Below are positions 49,323-49,672 of a stretch of DNA of 49,672 nucleotides, piece by piece. Position 1 is the stretch's first letter, and each line of letters starts with the position of its first letter. The stretch covers positions 1 through 49,672 of the forward strand of contig CAVVNQ010000019.1 in the NCBI GenBank assembly GCA_963749705.1, in the 5' to 3' direction. The stretch is from an uncultured Chloroflexia bacterium. Its GTDB lineage: Bacteria; Chloroflexota; Limnocylindria; Limnocylindrales; CSP1-4. The translations under genes were made by a program, and so were the position numbers. A model generated the notes under the pieces. That model saw only the letters and a list, made by a program, of their open reading frames with translations. It was not told the origin of the DNA and searched no databases.

Positions 49323-49672
49323 CGGTCGCTCCGGCGACCTGGCCGCGGGGACGCCTCGGGCGCCTCGGGCGCCTCGGCTCAGCCGCCTCGTCCCGGCTAC
49401 CACGCGGCGCCTCGTCGCGTCGGCCGGCCACCCCGCCGCGTCCGCCACGTGGGCTGGCAGGCCACGATCTCGGGCCGAGGTCGCAACGGGGGCGTCGTCG
49501 GACGGCATTCGTGGCGCCGTGGACCTCGAAAGCTCCGGCGAGACCGGGAATGGGCTGATCTGCGCCCCGCGACGGCGATGTCGTGGCCTGTGGCGCCACG
49601 GCCGAGGCGAAGAGGAGCGCCGTGCCTCGGTCTTCGGCCGTGTCGTCCGCAATGGCAGCCGGCGAACCGCGT

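Noticed and set aside
49323-49672. Gene at the right edge (49285-49599 or 47541-49652 minus ORFs)
   Set aside because: Low-complexity translation with cgcctcggg repeats and no motif; cannot be assigned without the downstream sequence

Overview
High-GC bacterial chromosome segment, most likely Chloroflexota (gene content and order suggest Limnocylindria/Ellin6529; inferred, not proven). 1-5 kb is the end of the ribosomal superoperon (infA-rpmJ-rpsM-rpsK-rpsD-rpoA-rplQ-truA-rplM-rpsI). 5-33 kb is mostly housekeeping: argF, a TPR protein, cdaA-cdaR-glmM-glmS-acpS-nnrD-alr, an inserted macro-domain/GlmL-like four-gene module, tsaEB-rimI-tsaD-rsmA-ispE-ridA, a frameshifted glmU, a CNNM/hemolysin transporter, polyprenyl synthase, recO, an F420 PPOX enzyme, a dipeptidase and glyQS. 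33-43 kb is a redox block (nfnAB, a lone xanthine-dehydrogenase-family Mo subunit bracketed by two near-identical ~270-bp fold-back direct repeats, FNR) followed by ppdK. 43-49.7 kb holds the best candidate for a new system: two divergent bitopic membrane proteins that resemble the accessory proteins of Streptomyces cytoplasmic contractile injection systems (a 'hydrolytic protein'-type Ig-like protein and a CisA-like double-zinc-ribbon protein carrying a TolB propeller), plus a MalT-like/BTAD regulator. This may be the edge of a Chloroflexota CIS locus, but no structural CIS genes are in the window. Two other patterns recur: many apparently leaderless genes, and tandem micro-duplications spanning the stop codon of four genes at convergent junctions.
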